From Octopus vulgaris (Eukaryota), in NCBI GenBank assembly GCA_951406725.2, contig OX597825.1, positions 61,442,001-61,506,000 of the forward strand: a DNA stretch of 64,000 bases, written 5' to 3'. The stretch's first letter is position 1. The number at the start of each line of letters is the position of its first letter. Made by a program: the position numbers and the translations under genes. Shown piece after piece: positions 11,534 to 24,332 of this stretch. The notes under the pieces were generated by a model. The model worked only from the letters and a program-made list of their open reading frames with translations, ran no database searches and had not been told where the DNA came from.

Positions 11534-12769
11534 TAAATAAATAAATGAATGATGTATACTGTTGGAGTTGTAACCAATTAAAAGCTATGATTTGGTATTG
11601 TTTAGTTGAATTCTTCACCATGGTTTGCACAGCCAGCAATGGGCATAGCTTGCAATAAATATTGCTTCTGTATAAGCTAAGTATGACAGCTTTATTAAGA
11701 TTGTTTACCTCTAGTCAGTTAATTAGGATAATATCAAATAACTTTGTCTCAAGCTAAAAAAAAGATTAAAATGTAGACTGCATTACTTATTTTTTAGGTA
11801 TTAAAATAATCAAGACATCTTAGGTTCATTAAATACAAAAAAAAAAAAAACAAAGAAGAAAGGGTGTGGGGTAAGTATTAAAAAAGTATACAACACTGAA
11901 AGAATTAAACTCATTGTAATAAGATGTTTATAAAATAAGTTTTTTCTGAGAGAGTAAAAGAATGTAAATCTCCTGCCGCCAAAATTTAAACACAATATTG
12001 AAATTAATCTGGTGGTTCCTCTTTATTTTATGTACATGAAGTCATGGTGTATATTTGTCTATTGCATTCAGTGTGGGCTATTATATCCTGTATATGGCAT
12101 AGCTCTGAAACATATCACTGTTCAACATTAATTTATATATAAAATCCTATTAATAATAGACATAAACTTGTATTAAGAAGAAGCATATATATCATGATAT
12201 AAATAAGAGCCACATAAAATTAATCTAAGAATAACAGTAATATATCTATTTAGTGGATACTTTTATTCAAATGACAGTATATGATTCTCTTCTTAAATCT
12301 ATGGTGCTGTTCATAGATATATACATTCATTTGTAATATGTTTGGAGAAAGTAACCTCAAGGGTTTAGGAAATAAATTAGAAGTTCAAATTTCAGCAGCT
12401 GGTAGAGTAGAATTTCTTTCAGACTTCCTCTTTTAAGAGTAAGACACGGTTAAGACAAATGGTTGAACATTATGATTATTTATGTTGAGATGAGGTCTTC
12501 AGGTTTCATTTCTCATATCCATTCTTTAATTTAAATGAGAGCATTTCAGCTGCTGTAATAATGAAATAATTTAACTCAAATATTTTGATATTAACAAGTG
12601 TTATATTTGGAATTTTCATGGATGCTTTGGAGTTTTCTTTGTGTTCAAGAACCTATTTTCTCATGTTGTATCTTCTTTATTTATCAAGTTTGCAATTCTA
12701 AACATAAAATAATTTACAAGAAATTTGTTCAGCAAATAATTTACCAGGTAAAAGTTGGTGAAAATAAAA

Positions 12770-13114
12770 TTGACAGTTCCATAAGGAAATGCTATTGACT
12801 CAAAGATGAAACTTGTGGAAGAGGTAGATCTAGGAAAATATGGGACAAAGTACTGAGAGACGATTCTCAGAATGCTGGACCTTTCAGTCCAGATGACAAA
12901 GGATTGAGATATCTAGTAACTTGTTGTACTCAAGAAGACCCATACTCCACAGCAGAAGTGTGAATGCCACAACACCTGGTGAAGAGGATTGGGCTGGGAG
13001 AGGCCTGTGCCAGTACCATGTAAAAAGCACTCATGCTGATGCCACGTAAGAGTACTTGTGCCAGTGGCATGTTAAAAGTACCTAGCATATACTTGAAGTG
13101 GCTGGCATTAGAAA
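12770..13114 (+). mobile_element. RTE LINE 3' fragment
   Basis: TCGRGRSRKIWDKVLRDD...VLKKT followed by GTAAAAAGCAC subrepeats. Confidence 0.75.
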
Positions 13115-13330
13115 AGGTGGCAAACTGGCAGAAACGTTAGCACGCCGGGTGAAATGCTTAGCGGTATTTCGTCTGCTGCTATGTTCTGGGTTCAAATTCT
13201 GCTGAGGTTGACTTTACCTTTCATCCTTTGGTGGTCGATTAGATAAGTACCAGTTACGCACTGGGATAGATGTAATCAACTTAATCCCATTGTCTGTCCT
13301 TGTTTGTCCCTTCTATGTTTAGCCCCTAGT
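13115..13330 (+). mobile_element. SINE family B
   Basis: CTGGCAGAAACGTTAGCACGCCGGG...CTTTCATCCTTT...AAGTACCAGTTACGCACTGG. Confidence 0.9.
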
Positions 13331-13899
13331 GTGGATGTTTTGTCCACTTCCACCAGCAGAGCAGAACTCTAAAGAAATGGCATCTCTATTTTTAATCTAA
13401 ATATCTCTCTCTTTTCTTTTTTCTCTAAAAACACACACACACACACATATGTATATTCATTCATGTTTCAGCTTTACCTATTTTTCTAACTTCTCCATTC
13501 AGATATAAATACACAAATTTCTTTCACGTAAGCAGAGACAATCTGACAGTGAAGCCATATGCACACAGACACAAATTCACAGCAAAACGAAAAATCATTG
13601 ATATGCCAATAAAAAGACAACCACACAATGCCTTGCCCTGCATTCCTGTAATATAGAGTTGGAATTTCAGCAAGAACACTGACACCATTCAGCATTTGTA
13701 AATTAATTTCACTATTACTTACTGATATTCACACATCATTTGTACTTACATTTCACTACAACTTACTGATATTTCTTATCAAAAACATTTCTCATTGCAT
13801 TAAGCTATTCTTCTATGTGATATACCTCTATTTTCCTTGCATTACTGTAACATAGCGTCCGACTTTCATTTCACTATTACTTACTGATATTTATTATCA

Positions 13900-14640
13900 A
13901 AAAAATGTCTCATAAAAAAAGACCGTTACAAAACGAACACCAACCAAATGCACGATGTGCATCAGAAAACGAAGATGAAACATGCACATGGCTTGCAGAT
14001 CAGTGACAGAGGAAGAAAGCTCAATGTGTATTTGAAACCGAACATCAATGAAATGCACGACTTGCAGATAGCAAACAAAGAATGGGACAACGATGGCAAT
14101 AACTACAACAACAACTACCATGATGAACAACACTATTGATGAACACAGAAACACGGAGAGATACAAAAACTGTACCAAATTTTGGGGACCCAGGACAGCA
14201 GCATTGGCAGGGGGAGAGTATGGGGCTGAAGGGAAAGCCATACAGCTGCTAAGAACAATGACATGCACACACACAGATATACGCATGCACACACACACAT
14301 ACACACAAGCATGGACACAAACAGATGTGCACATAAGGATACACATCATAGAAGAGAAGAATGGAGTAAATGGAACAAGAACACACACATGAAGAGGAAA
14401 AGTGTTGCTGAAGAGGTCACAGATGTGTGATGAAAGATTTCCAGACTATGGACAAGAGTTAGAATAAGAACAGTAATAAACAAGTAATAAACAGTGATAA
14501 GCGAGTGAAGAACAAATATATAGTGCATGTATTCATTTGGCAAAAAAATATGACCATCCCAAATTACAACAATAAATACACACATGGGGCTGAATATATA
14601 AATATATGAACATATATATATACATATATTCATATACAAA
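13900..14640 (+). mobile_element. Penelope-like 3' fragment / pseudo-LTR
   Basis: RSVTEE/KLNVYLKPNIN (frameshifted) resembles the end of a PLE GIY-YIG ORF; HHR at 14401; (TA)n at the 3' end. Confidence 0.5.
14401..14447 (+). ncRNA. Minimal type I hammerhead motif, canonical core
   Basis: AGTGTTG-CTGAAGA-G-GTCACA-GATG-TGTGAT-GAAA-GATT-TC-CAGACT. Confidence 0.65.
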
Positions 14641-14660
14641 TGGATATATATATATATATA

Positions 14661-15095
14661 TCATCATCATCATCATCATCGTCGTTTAACGTCCGTTTTC
14701 CGTGCTAGCATGGGTTGGACGGTTCGACCGGGGTCTGGGAAGCCAGGAGGCTGCACCAGACTCCAGTCTGATCTGGCAGTGTTTCTACAGCTGGATGCTC
14801 TTCCTAACGCCAACCACTCCGTGAGTGTAGTGGGTGCTTTTTACGTGCCACTGGCACAGAAGCCAGTCAAGGCGGCACTGGCATTGGCCACATTTGGATG
14901 GTGCTTTTTATGTGCCACCGGCACAGAAGCCAGTCATGGTGGCGCTGGCATCGGCCACGTTCGGATGGTGCGTTTTCCGTGCCACCGGTACAGGTATCAC
15001 AACTACTATTTCCATTTGATATTTATTTCGATGTTCATGTACTTGACTCAATAGGTCTCCCCAAGCACAGCAGGTTGTTCTGAAATCCAAGGTAC
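14661..15095 (-). mobile_element. RTE LINE 3' UTR with tandem subrepeats
   Basis: (CAT)n GTTTAACGTCCG...CAGCTGGATGC..., then three GGTGC(T/G)TTT...GTGCCAC units. Confidence 0.85.
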
Positions 15096-15097
15096 TT

Positions 15098-15136
<39 letters not shown>

Positions 15137-16184
15137 TTATAGATATATTCATACTGAAGATGCTGAGAGTGTAGAAAACAGCGAATATAATTTCATGAGT
15201 AAATTAACTATAGTTATATTGATAGGAGCACATATAAAAATCAGAAAGTGAGAAGGAACAAATATGAAAACAGTGGATAACAATTCAAATAGGAGCAAAT
15301 TAAAATAATAACGGCAACAGATTAGAAAATGGAAAATCTAATGAAACTGTCAAATGTATCGCCATTGAAATTGTGTAAAAATGTGAAATTTTGAAATCAT
15401 TATAGGGAAGTTTAGCTAAAATGGATACATAGTTTAAATTAAAATTATAAGAACAGGAAGTTGATTGAAATGTTCTGAAGTAACAGGATATGTGAACTAA
15501 AGTGATATATGGATAGAAATAGCAGGAAATTAATGCTGTTTATGATTTAAAGACTAATGGATGGTTGAAGAAATATTGCAAGAAAAATAAATTGTTATAT
15601 AAAGGTAATGGACAACCAGAGTACGGATTATCTGAAACGAAGAGGATTAAATAACTGAAAGGTAAACAGAAACATGATATAATGTGCAAGAAGTTTTTAA
15701 GAATCTTCTTTGATTTTAATAAACAATGTTCATATTTTGGAAGTTGAAGAATGAATTTTTGCTCAGGAAACAATATATGAACAGAAACATTTAATAAGAC
15801 GGAACATTTAACAAGATAAAAACAACATAATTTCTTTACAGAATTGTTATTCTCTTCATAACAATTGATTCTGTTGGGCTTTAATGTTTTAATGCTACTG
15901 TTAAGAGAGAATGGTTCAACATTTTGTCTAAATGGTGTAAAAGTGGAATATACAAATGAAGAATACATTTATAAAAATGGAAATCAAACAATTCACTGTG
16001 AGATTTTATCTAACAGGAGAAACTCTTTGTATTGCAATATTGTAATGAGTATTCTCATTGCCAAAATCCAAGAACATGGTTATTTCAACTTGATGCCAGT
16101 TTAAATTGTTGATCTCTCTGTTCCATAATTCTTATTTCTTTATCACCCATAACCTCCCCACAACCTCATTTGATATTGGTTTCA

Positions 16185-16383
16185 GATTTTGGTACAAGGC
16201 CAGCAATTTTGGGAGAGTGGGTAATTTGATTACACTGACTTCAGTGTTCAACTGGTACGACCCCTGGAAGGATGAAATGCAAATTCAACCTCAGTGGAAT
16301 TTGAACTCAGAACGTAAACTCAGACAAAATGCTGTTAGGCATTTTGCCAGGTGTGCTAACGATTCTGCCTGCTCACTGCCTTA
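16185..16383 (-). mobile_element. SINE family B (diverged)
   Basis: GGATGAAATGCAAATTCAACCTCAGTGGAATTTGAACTCAGAACG...GCTCACTGCCTT. Confidence 0.8.
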
Positions 16384-17084
16384 ACCTCATTTGATATTAA
16401 CATTCTGTTGTGCAAGTGACCAGTGCACTTACTCCTGGGTTACCGCTGATACCACCTAATACTTCCTCTTACACTCCTCCCACTACTTGCTCTCATCTCT
16501 CTAGGATGTCCTCTAACTTCCCTTTCCCTCTCTGCATTCATATTCTGTTCTTCCCACTCCACTTATCTCTGTGGTACCTTCTAGTCTCTCATTCCCTCAC
16601 TATACTTATTACTCACACCCACAGCTCCCTTACCTTCAGCCACATTTCTTCTAATTTTCCTTTCCTCACAGCCTCTCTACCTCTTCAACACTTCTCATCT
16701 TCCCTCTTCGACCTTGACCTATAATCACAAACCTCACACATCTCTTCCCTTCAATGGTTCTTTCAGGAATCCTCATCTCCTTAGTTTATTGTTCCCTTCC
16801 TGTCTCCTTTCTTTCACATCTTTCATACATATTCCCCAAATAATGAAAATAACCCTAGACAGCTCACCAAATTACCCTAGAACCTTTCCACTCTATCCCC
16901 CATCTTCTATATTTTCAGTAATCCCTGTCAATAATCCCTTCTCTTGCTCCCTCCCATAATTAGTCCTACTCTGCTATGCTGTTACTCTCTTGAATACCAT
17001 CTTTTAGTAACTGTAAATCTATTCCTATCATTTTTATGTACACCCCTCTTCTCAGCATACAACCATTGTGCACTCTCCTTTCTA

Positions 17085-17648
17085 TTAGGTTGTGCAGAAA
17101 GTTCATGCTGCTTTTTAACGGAAAAGAAAAGGTCAATAAATACTTGCCATTACATTTTTAATCAACCAAATATGAACCATTTTGTTGCCCAATGCATCTC
17201 CATCTTTCCTTTAATTTGAAAATACCCTCTTTCCAGAATTGAGGTGGTTTCATGGCAAAGAATTCATCAAGGTATCTTTTTATATCATCCAAGGAATTGA
17301 AATTTTTACCATTAAGACTATTCTGCAGAAACCTGAATAAGTGGAAATCCGAAGGATCAATACCTGGTGAATATGGATGATGGGGTAACACATCCCAGCA
17401 ATCTGCAGCAATTTTTGTCTGGTTCCCAAAGCATCAAGTGCCGAAAATGCACTTCTTATCTTCCATTTTAAAGGGTTACAGAATTAACACAGATTATAGG
17501 AACATAAACCTTCTTCAATGAAAAGATAGCTTAAACTATGCTCTAAATGGAGATGTAGTCAAATCCTATTTTATGGACTCAACCATGTTCTAAAATAAGT
17601 CGAATGGTAAGCTACCATAAATCGGCACAAACTTTGCAGACAACCCAA
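17085..17648 (-). mobile_element. Non-autonomous mariner deletion derivative (564 bp), copy 1
   Basis: TA-flanked TIRs TTAGGTTGTGCAGAAAGTTC / ACTTTGCAGACAACCCAA; residual LPHHPYSPGIDPSDFHLFR. Confidence 0.92.
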
Positions 17649-17835
17649 TATTTTCCCTCAAGAAGTCGGTGGTGAATTCGAGAATTCAGTAGAATAGCAA
17701 ATATATTTCTTGCAGTATTCTGTAACAATTCTTTATGGTCTCAGTCCAAATTGTGAGGCTTCATCCCATGTAGAAATGAATGCAGCATGGTTTTGAATGA
17801 AGCTGTTACATAGCTGAGTTGTGCGGTTAAATATA

Positions 17836-19349
17836 TTGGGTCGTTAAGAGTGAAATGTCCGATTTTGAACTGAAAATTTATTTTACTTTATCTCAACAAA
17901 AAACAAAGAAGAAAAAGCAATACAGTTATCAAAGTATGCAACTAAATTATCAATACAATTTTGCTATTTTATCGGTAGCTTCTTTATGCTGGCAGCAAAG
18001 AATTCTGGAGAGCAAGAGGTGATGAAATCATGAAAGGCTGTTTTTGCATCTTCTTCAGATTTGAAGTTTTTTCCTTGCAAAATGTTGTCTAATGCTTGGA
18101 AAACCTGATAGTCAGTTGGTGCAAAGTCTGGTGAATATAGTGGATGACAGAGTACTTCCAAGTTCAGTAACTTGAATAGCATTCTTTGTGCAACATGTGG
18201 TCGAGCATTGTCTTGCAAGAGAATTGGCCTGTCTCTCTTGACCAATCTCGGTTGTTTAATAACATGTTCACTCATCATTTGATCCAATAAGTTGATGTAT
18301 ACATCTGCTGTAATTGACTTACCAGGGCTCACAAAGCTGTAGTAGATGACATCAACGCTGGACCACCAAGCGGACACCATTACCTAGCGACGATTTCATC
18401 TCAATCGAAGGAGAGGGGCTTTCTCCATCCGGGTTCTGGATCCATGGAATAAGCTGCCGGACGAGATAGTGAAGATGCCAACGACTGCTCGGTTCAAAGT
18501 CTCTCTTGACCAGAAATGGCCTGAACTCTTTACATGAACACCCTCCCTGTACATAACTCCATGTCCCCCTACATGGCCTTGCTTTTTGCTTTTTGAGCCA
18601 AAAAATTAACTTAACTTAATATTCTTTTTTTGACTGTGTTTTGGTACTTTGTCTCTATTCAACCATCATGCAGAATGTTTGCTATTGTTGAAAAGAATCC
18701 ATTTTTCATCACACATAACAATACGAAGCTAAATTGGTTTGCTTTTATACTGTGACAGTATAGAACAGCAAGTTTCAAGATGACATGTCATTTGATACTC
18801 ATTCAGTTTGTGTGTTACCCACTTGTCCAGCTTCTTTAGCTTGCTGATTTGTTTCAGAAGGTCCAATACAGTTGGAATCGAGACATCAAACCTTGCTGCT
18901 AACTCATGTATAGTTTGAAATGTATCCACTTTCACTACAGTTTTCAGCTCATCATTATCCACCTTAGTCTCAGGTCTACCATGGGGCTGATTTTCAGGAG
19001 TAAAGTCACTAGAGCAGAACTTCTCAGACCATCAACATACAGTGTGCTCATTTACCTCACCTTCACCAAACACCTCATTGCTGTTTCGAGCTGTTTGGGA
19101 TAGATTGGTTCTATAACAGAACTCATATTCATAAATAACATAAATTTTTTATCTATCCATGGGTTCACAAAAATTGATTTACGAGAGAAAACTCACAATA
19201 TAATCAGACACCATAAATTGCATTTCGAAAAGTGATGATGTGACTCATCAATATTGTAAAACAAAGAATTGTCAGGGTAAAACATTAGAGTTAATGACTG
19301 TCAAACTTGGTGCATAAGAAAATTGGACATTTCATTCTTAATGACCTGA
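17836..19349 (-). mobile_element. Full-length decayed mariner transposon (D,D34D type)
   Basis: TA-flanked TIRs TTGGGTCGTTAAGAGTGAAATGTCCGATT / AATTGGACATTTCATTCTTAATGACCTGA; motifs WVTHKL, CDEKW, QDNARPH, YSPDFAPTDY; stops present. Confidence 0.93.
18384..18619 (+). mobile_element. CR1-type LINE 3' fragment nested in the mariner
   Basis: RRFHLNRRRGAFSIRVLDPWNKLPDEIVKMPTTARFKVSLDQKWPELFT* followed by a (TTAAC)n tail. Confidence 0.88.
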
Positions 19350-19460
19350 TAGTTGATCCTAAACAGCTGGTTTTATGTTCCAATTGCACAGTCTCATGAA
19401 GTAACCTTGCCAGTTCTATCCAACAAAACAAATTTGGCAACCTCAAATATATGTATAATA

Positions 19461-19660
19461 TATTCTTTTATTTGTTTCAGTCATTTGACTGTGGGCATGC
19501 TGGAGCACCACCTTTAGTCGAACGAATCAACCCCAGGACTTATTCTTTGTAAGCCTAGTACTTATTCTACTGGTCTACTTTGCTGAACTGCTAAGTTATC
19601 GGAATGGAAACACAGTTGTCAAGCGATAGTGGGGGAAACAAACACAGACGCACAAGCATA

Positions 19661-19740
<80 letters not shown>

Positions 19741-19905
19741 CAATGGGCTTCTTATAGTTTCCATCTACCAAATCCACTCACAACGCTTTGGTCAGCTTGA
19801 GACTATAATAGAAGACATTTGCCCATGGTGCCATGCAGTGAAACTGAACCCAGAACCATGTGGTTGGTTAGCAAGCTACTTATCACACACCAACCCCTGC
19901 ACCTA
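19461..19905 (-). mobile_element. SINE A1
   Basis: Reverse complement of A1 with expanded internal (TA)n. Confidence 0.9.
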
Positions 19906-20766
19906 TATGTATAATTTATTTCTTGAACCCTTTAAAAATCATTCTGTTTTGCTTAGCCCCAAGCCCGCCCTGGTCACGCAGACTTATGGTCAGAAGTATT
20001 CCAGATGTGACCATCCTATCTTTTCTTTTAGAGACAGTGTAGCTAGAACATCGTACAATGCATTCTGCCATTTTTAAAGTCGATAAAGAATGATCAGAAT
20101 GTTATTTTTATCAGGTCATTCACTTGGCAGAAACTTACTCATGGTTTTTATATCAACATTTTTTTCCTTTTCTTTTTTCTTTCTTGTTTTCCAGTCAAAA
20201 AAGAAATGTCTGGAAACTGCTTATTCGTAATTACAACACTTATTTTTCAAAAGATTAGATTTGGTTTAAAATAACCGAGTTAAAGTATCTTCAGATCTCA
20301 GAGTTTTACATGTTATTTTTAAAATACTTTATATACGTTAGTAAATTCAGAAGAAAAAAAGCTAAATCGGGCCAACTGAATTATGTTTGATATAATTCGG
20401 TAAAAATCTATTAAACCACATATCACTACATTTCATAACGTTTTATATAAAAATATAATTCATGTAGTGTCTGTACTGACAATCCAGGAAAAGTGGAAAC
20501 ATGCTAAATTGAGAAAATATCTGCTTTGTAGTTGCAAATCAAAACCAACCACGAAAGAAACTAGTGGAGGTTTACATTGACAAACATTGTTTAACCCTTT
20601 CATTACTATATTTCTGATTAAATACACTATCTGTATTTCAATTAAATTTGAAAATAATCAATAAATTGGAAGGATATAGAAAAATAGCTTTCCAGATTTT
20701 AAGCTAGTGTTTGGAAAGTTACTGGACAAAAATATTCCACAAATTCAGTATTGATGGTATTCATAT

Positions 20767-21187
20767 ACTCTTTTTTATTTGCTTGTTTCAGTCATTTGAC
20801 TGCGGCCATGCTGGAGCACCGCCTTTAGTCGAGCAAATCGACCCCGGGATTTATTCTTTGTAAGCCCAGTACTTATTCTATCAGTTCTCTTTTTGCCGAA
20901 CCGCTAAGTGACGGGGACGTAAACACACCAGCATCGGTTGTCAAGCAATGCTAGGGGAACAAACACAGACACACAAACACACACTCATACATACATACAT
21001 ATATATATATATATACATATATATGACAGGCTTCTTTCAGTTTCCGTCTACCAAATCCACTCACAAGGCATTGGTTGGCCCGGGGCTATAGTAGAAGACA
21101 CTTGCCCAAGGTGCCACGCAGTGGGACTGAACCCGGAACCATGTGGTTGGTTAGCAAGCTACTTACCACACAGCCACTCCTGCGCCT
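20767..21187 (-). mobile_element. SINE A1 (young, CpG-rich)
   Basis: Close to the reverse complement of 10480-10900. Confidence 0.92.
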
Positions 21188-21351
21188 AAAAATTATGATC
21201 AACTGGAAGAAATACTTTTGTGATATTTAACCTGGTTCTTTTGTATTCCAAGTTCAAATCCTAGAGAAGTTATCTTTGCCTTTTAAAACCTCTCAGGATT
21301 GATAAATGTAAAGCAAGTCTAGGGGACAGTAGGCTAGCAGAATTATGACAG

Positions 21352-22029
21352 CAGTATTTCTCAAATACTTTTTTTACTTATGGACCCTTTTAATTGCTAT
21401 TTTATTTTGGTGGACCTCCATAGCCATTTGATGTTTAAAAACTAGTTTTATAGGTACTTCTTTCAAAATTCTGGTTTTGTTTTTCAAACATTAACTCATG
21501 TAGGTTGAACATTAGAGAAAGAAATGTAGCTGGTTCTTCTAATAAATACATCATCATCATCATCATCATCATCATCGTTTAATGTCCTCCTTCCTTGCTG
21601 GGATGGGTTGGACAGTTTGACAGGAGCTGGCCAGGTAGAAGCCTGAACCATAGTTTTATGTTTTGACACAGTTTTTATGGATGGATGCCCTTCATAACAC
21701 CAATCTACAGCTGGATGCCCTTCCAAATGCCAACCACTTTGCAGTGTGGACGGATTTTTTTCTAAGTGCCACCTGCACTAGCAGGGTTACCAAGTAACTT
21801 TGCAAGACAAGAAATATTTGAGAGGGGAGAGAGCATGGGTTGGGGGATGATCTTGTGTCAGATGATGAAAGGTTATTGAGAGACATCTAAATCAAAATTG
21901 TTTCATGGACCCTGTAATATACTACTGTGTGTTCCTGATTTACTATTTAGCTTGCATGGGCTCCCCCCACCCTTGCTCAAATCTTCTGTGGACCCCAAGG
22001 GTCATATGGACCCGAGTTGAGAATCACTG
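21352..22029. mobile_element. hAT-type MITE with a nested RTE 3' UTR (~21549-21880)
   Basis: Termini CAGTATTTCTCAA / TTGAGAATCACTG; subterminal GGACCC motifs; degenerate 8-bp TSD TATGACAG/TATTAGAG. Confidence 0.7.
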
Positions 22030-22061
22030 TATTAGAGAATCAGACAGGATGCTTGTGATAT

Positions 22062-22450
22062 TTACTCTTTTACTTATTTCAGTCACTTGACTGTGGCCAT
22101 GCTGGAGCACTGCCTTTAGTTGAGCCCATCGACCCCCAGGAGTTAATCTTTGTAAGCCTAGTACTTATTCTATCAGTCTCTTTTGCCGAACCGCTAAGTT
22201 ACAGATACGTAAACACACCAGCATCGGTTGTCAAGCGATGTTGGGGAGACAAACACAGACACACAAACATATATACACACACATATATATATATGCATAT
22301 ACATATATACGATGGGCTTCTTTCAGTTTCTGTTTACCAAATCCACTTACAAGGCTTTGGTCAGCTCAAGGCTATAGTAGAAGACACTTGCCTAAGGTGT
22401 CACTCAGTGGGACTGAACCCGGAACCATATGGTTCATAAGCAAGCTACTA
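22062..22450 (-). mobile_element. SINE A1
   Basis: Reverse complement of A1. Confidence 0.9.
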
Positions 22451-22482
22451 TATTTGTTAAAATATTTTGTGTATTATAGAAA

Positions 22483-23245
22483 TATGAAGGGAAGTCAAAA
22501 ATTATCTGCTCTTTTGTCATAATATGTCTTTATTATTGTCAGACTACCTTCTGCACATGTGTTCTTATAGTTGGTACTATTATGGTCATGTGATCGAAGT
22601 TTGAGCCTGATCACTCCACTTTTCTTTCTGGCTTTACAGTATAAGCATGACCACTGCACTAGCAATGTGCACCAAAGAAGAACAAAGAGCAGTGATCCAG
22701 TTTCTCTGCTTGGAATGTGTGTCAGATGCTGAAATTCATTGGAAGCGTTTTGCACAATAAGGAACAGTGCACTACTGTATAGAAGTGTGCATGAATGGAT
22801 CAAGAAGTTTAAAAGTGGCTGGACAAGCATGATGCATGAAGAGGGAGTAGGCTACTCATCAACCTCCTCCACTGATGAGAAGATTCAGCAAGCTTGAGAA
22901 ATGGTGATGGTGAACCGGCAAGTTATCATCGATGAGGTAGATCATTCTCTGCAGATTAGTTATAGTTCTGACTATCAAATCATCCATGATGAGCTTGGCT
23001 TTCATAAAGTCTGTCTGTGCAAGATTGGTGCTAAGAGAGTTTACTGCAAAGCACAAGTACAAATGTCTTGAGGCCTGCCAACGTTTACTTGATCACTACA
23101 ACAATGAGAGCAAGGAATTTTTGAGCAGAATAGTCACAGGAGAGAAAATGTGGGCCCAACATTATGATGTAGAATCCAAAAGACAGAGCATGGAGTGGAA
23201 ACATCCTGGCTTGCCAGCGACAAAGAAATTCAAGAAATTCATATA
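22483..23245 (+). mobile_element. Mariner 5' half, decayed
   Basis: CTKEEQRAVIQFL...WIKKFKSG...IIHDELGFHKV...FLSRIVTGEKMWAQHYDVESKRQSMEWKH. Confidence 0.88.
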
Positions 23246-23264
23246 GATTATTGCACATAAACTT

Positions 23265-23635
23265 CAGCCCAGTGGTTAGGGCAGCGGACTCACGGTCGGA
23301 GGATCGTGGTTTCAATTCTCAGACCGGGCGTTGTGTGTGTTTATTGAGCAAAAACACCTAAAGCTCCACGAGGCTCTGGCAGGGGGTGGTGGTGACCTTG
23401 TTGTACTCTTTTGCAACAACTTTCTCTCACTCTTTCTTCCTGTTTCTTGTCCCTGACTTCCTATGCAACTGCTGTGCCTGGATGTGCATTCATCCATCTG
23501 TCGATGCTCTCGGTGTCAGGGGTTGACCTGCTTTCTCTTCTGCTGGTCTTATGAATAGCAAAGGACCACATTTTGGACTTCTCCCACTGGGACAAAGACT
23601 GCTTCGCTCAACAGCAACAGCAACAGCAGCAACAT
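23265..23635 (+). mobile_element. SINE family C, tail type 3 ((CAG/CAA)n end)
   Basis: Head GCCCAGTGGTTAGGGCAGCGGACTC...AAAACACCTAAAGCTCCACGAGGCTC shared with the copies at 31673, 43314 and 44383. Confidence 0.85.
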
Positions 23636-23793
23636 CTTATATGGACCCCCAAAGGTAATGTGATCCCTGCTTGAGAACCTCTGCTCTGACAGGTTTGGAT
23701 GCAATACAGCCTTGTTGATCTTCTTCAAACTGTTGGTGCCCATCTCTATGAATATCTTTTGTGTTCTGAGGATGGGACTGCCACAGAATGTAC

Positions 23794-23866
23794 CTGGTCA
23801 ATCACATTCTTCATTCACTGGCTTAGAGTCTTCACAATGATGTCTTTCTTAAGGAAGCACCAAAAC
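23794..23866 (-). other. Candidate exon, no ORF through it
   Basis: Acceptor TTTTTTCTTGTTTTATTTTCAG|G; possible donor CAG|GTACAT; stop codons in all three frames. Confidence 0.3.
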
Positions 23867-24101
23867 CTGAAAATAAAACAAGAAAAAAGCACAACATCTA
23901 TTCAAATTTTGAAGAATAAGCAAGAGGAAATAATTTTGCTTCATGTAATATCAATGTCAGACCAGCCATGGAGGGTAAACCATGCAAAGCTAGATTTTAG
24001 ATGTATTTAATACTACACTTTTCATAAATTAAACCATTTCTAAAGCACTTCTGATATATTTAGATGAAGAATAAAATCTGTAGACTGTTCATTTAATTAT
24101 T

Positions 24102-24332
24102 TATCCATCCATCCACCCATCCATCTAAGCATCCATCCATCCATCAATCCAAACATCTGTCGATCAATCCATCTTTGTCCATCCATCTATCCATCATCCC
24201 TCCATCCACCCTTCTGTCCATCCATCCATTCATCCATATCTCAATCCAGTCATCAAACTATCCATTCATCCATCTGTCCATCCATCTATCCAACCATCCA
24301 ACCAACCAGCCACTCAACTATACATTCATCTA
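24102..24332 (+). repeat. (CATC)n microsatellite, degenerate
   Basis: Directly visible. Confidence 0.9.

Noticed and set aside
14830-14995. Spaced GGTGCTTTTT...GTGCCAC repeats resembling a CRISPR array
   Set aside because: The spacers are homologous to each other; these are tandem subrepeats of an RTE 3' UTR in a eukaryotic genome.
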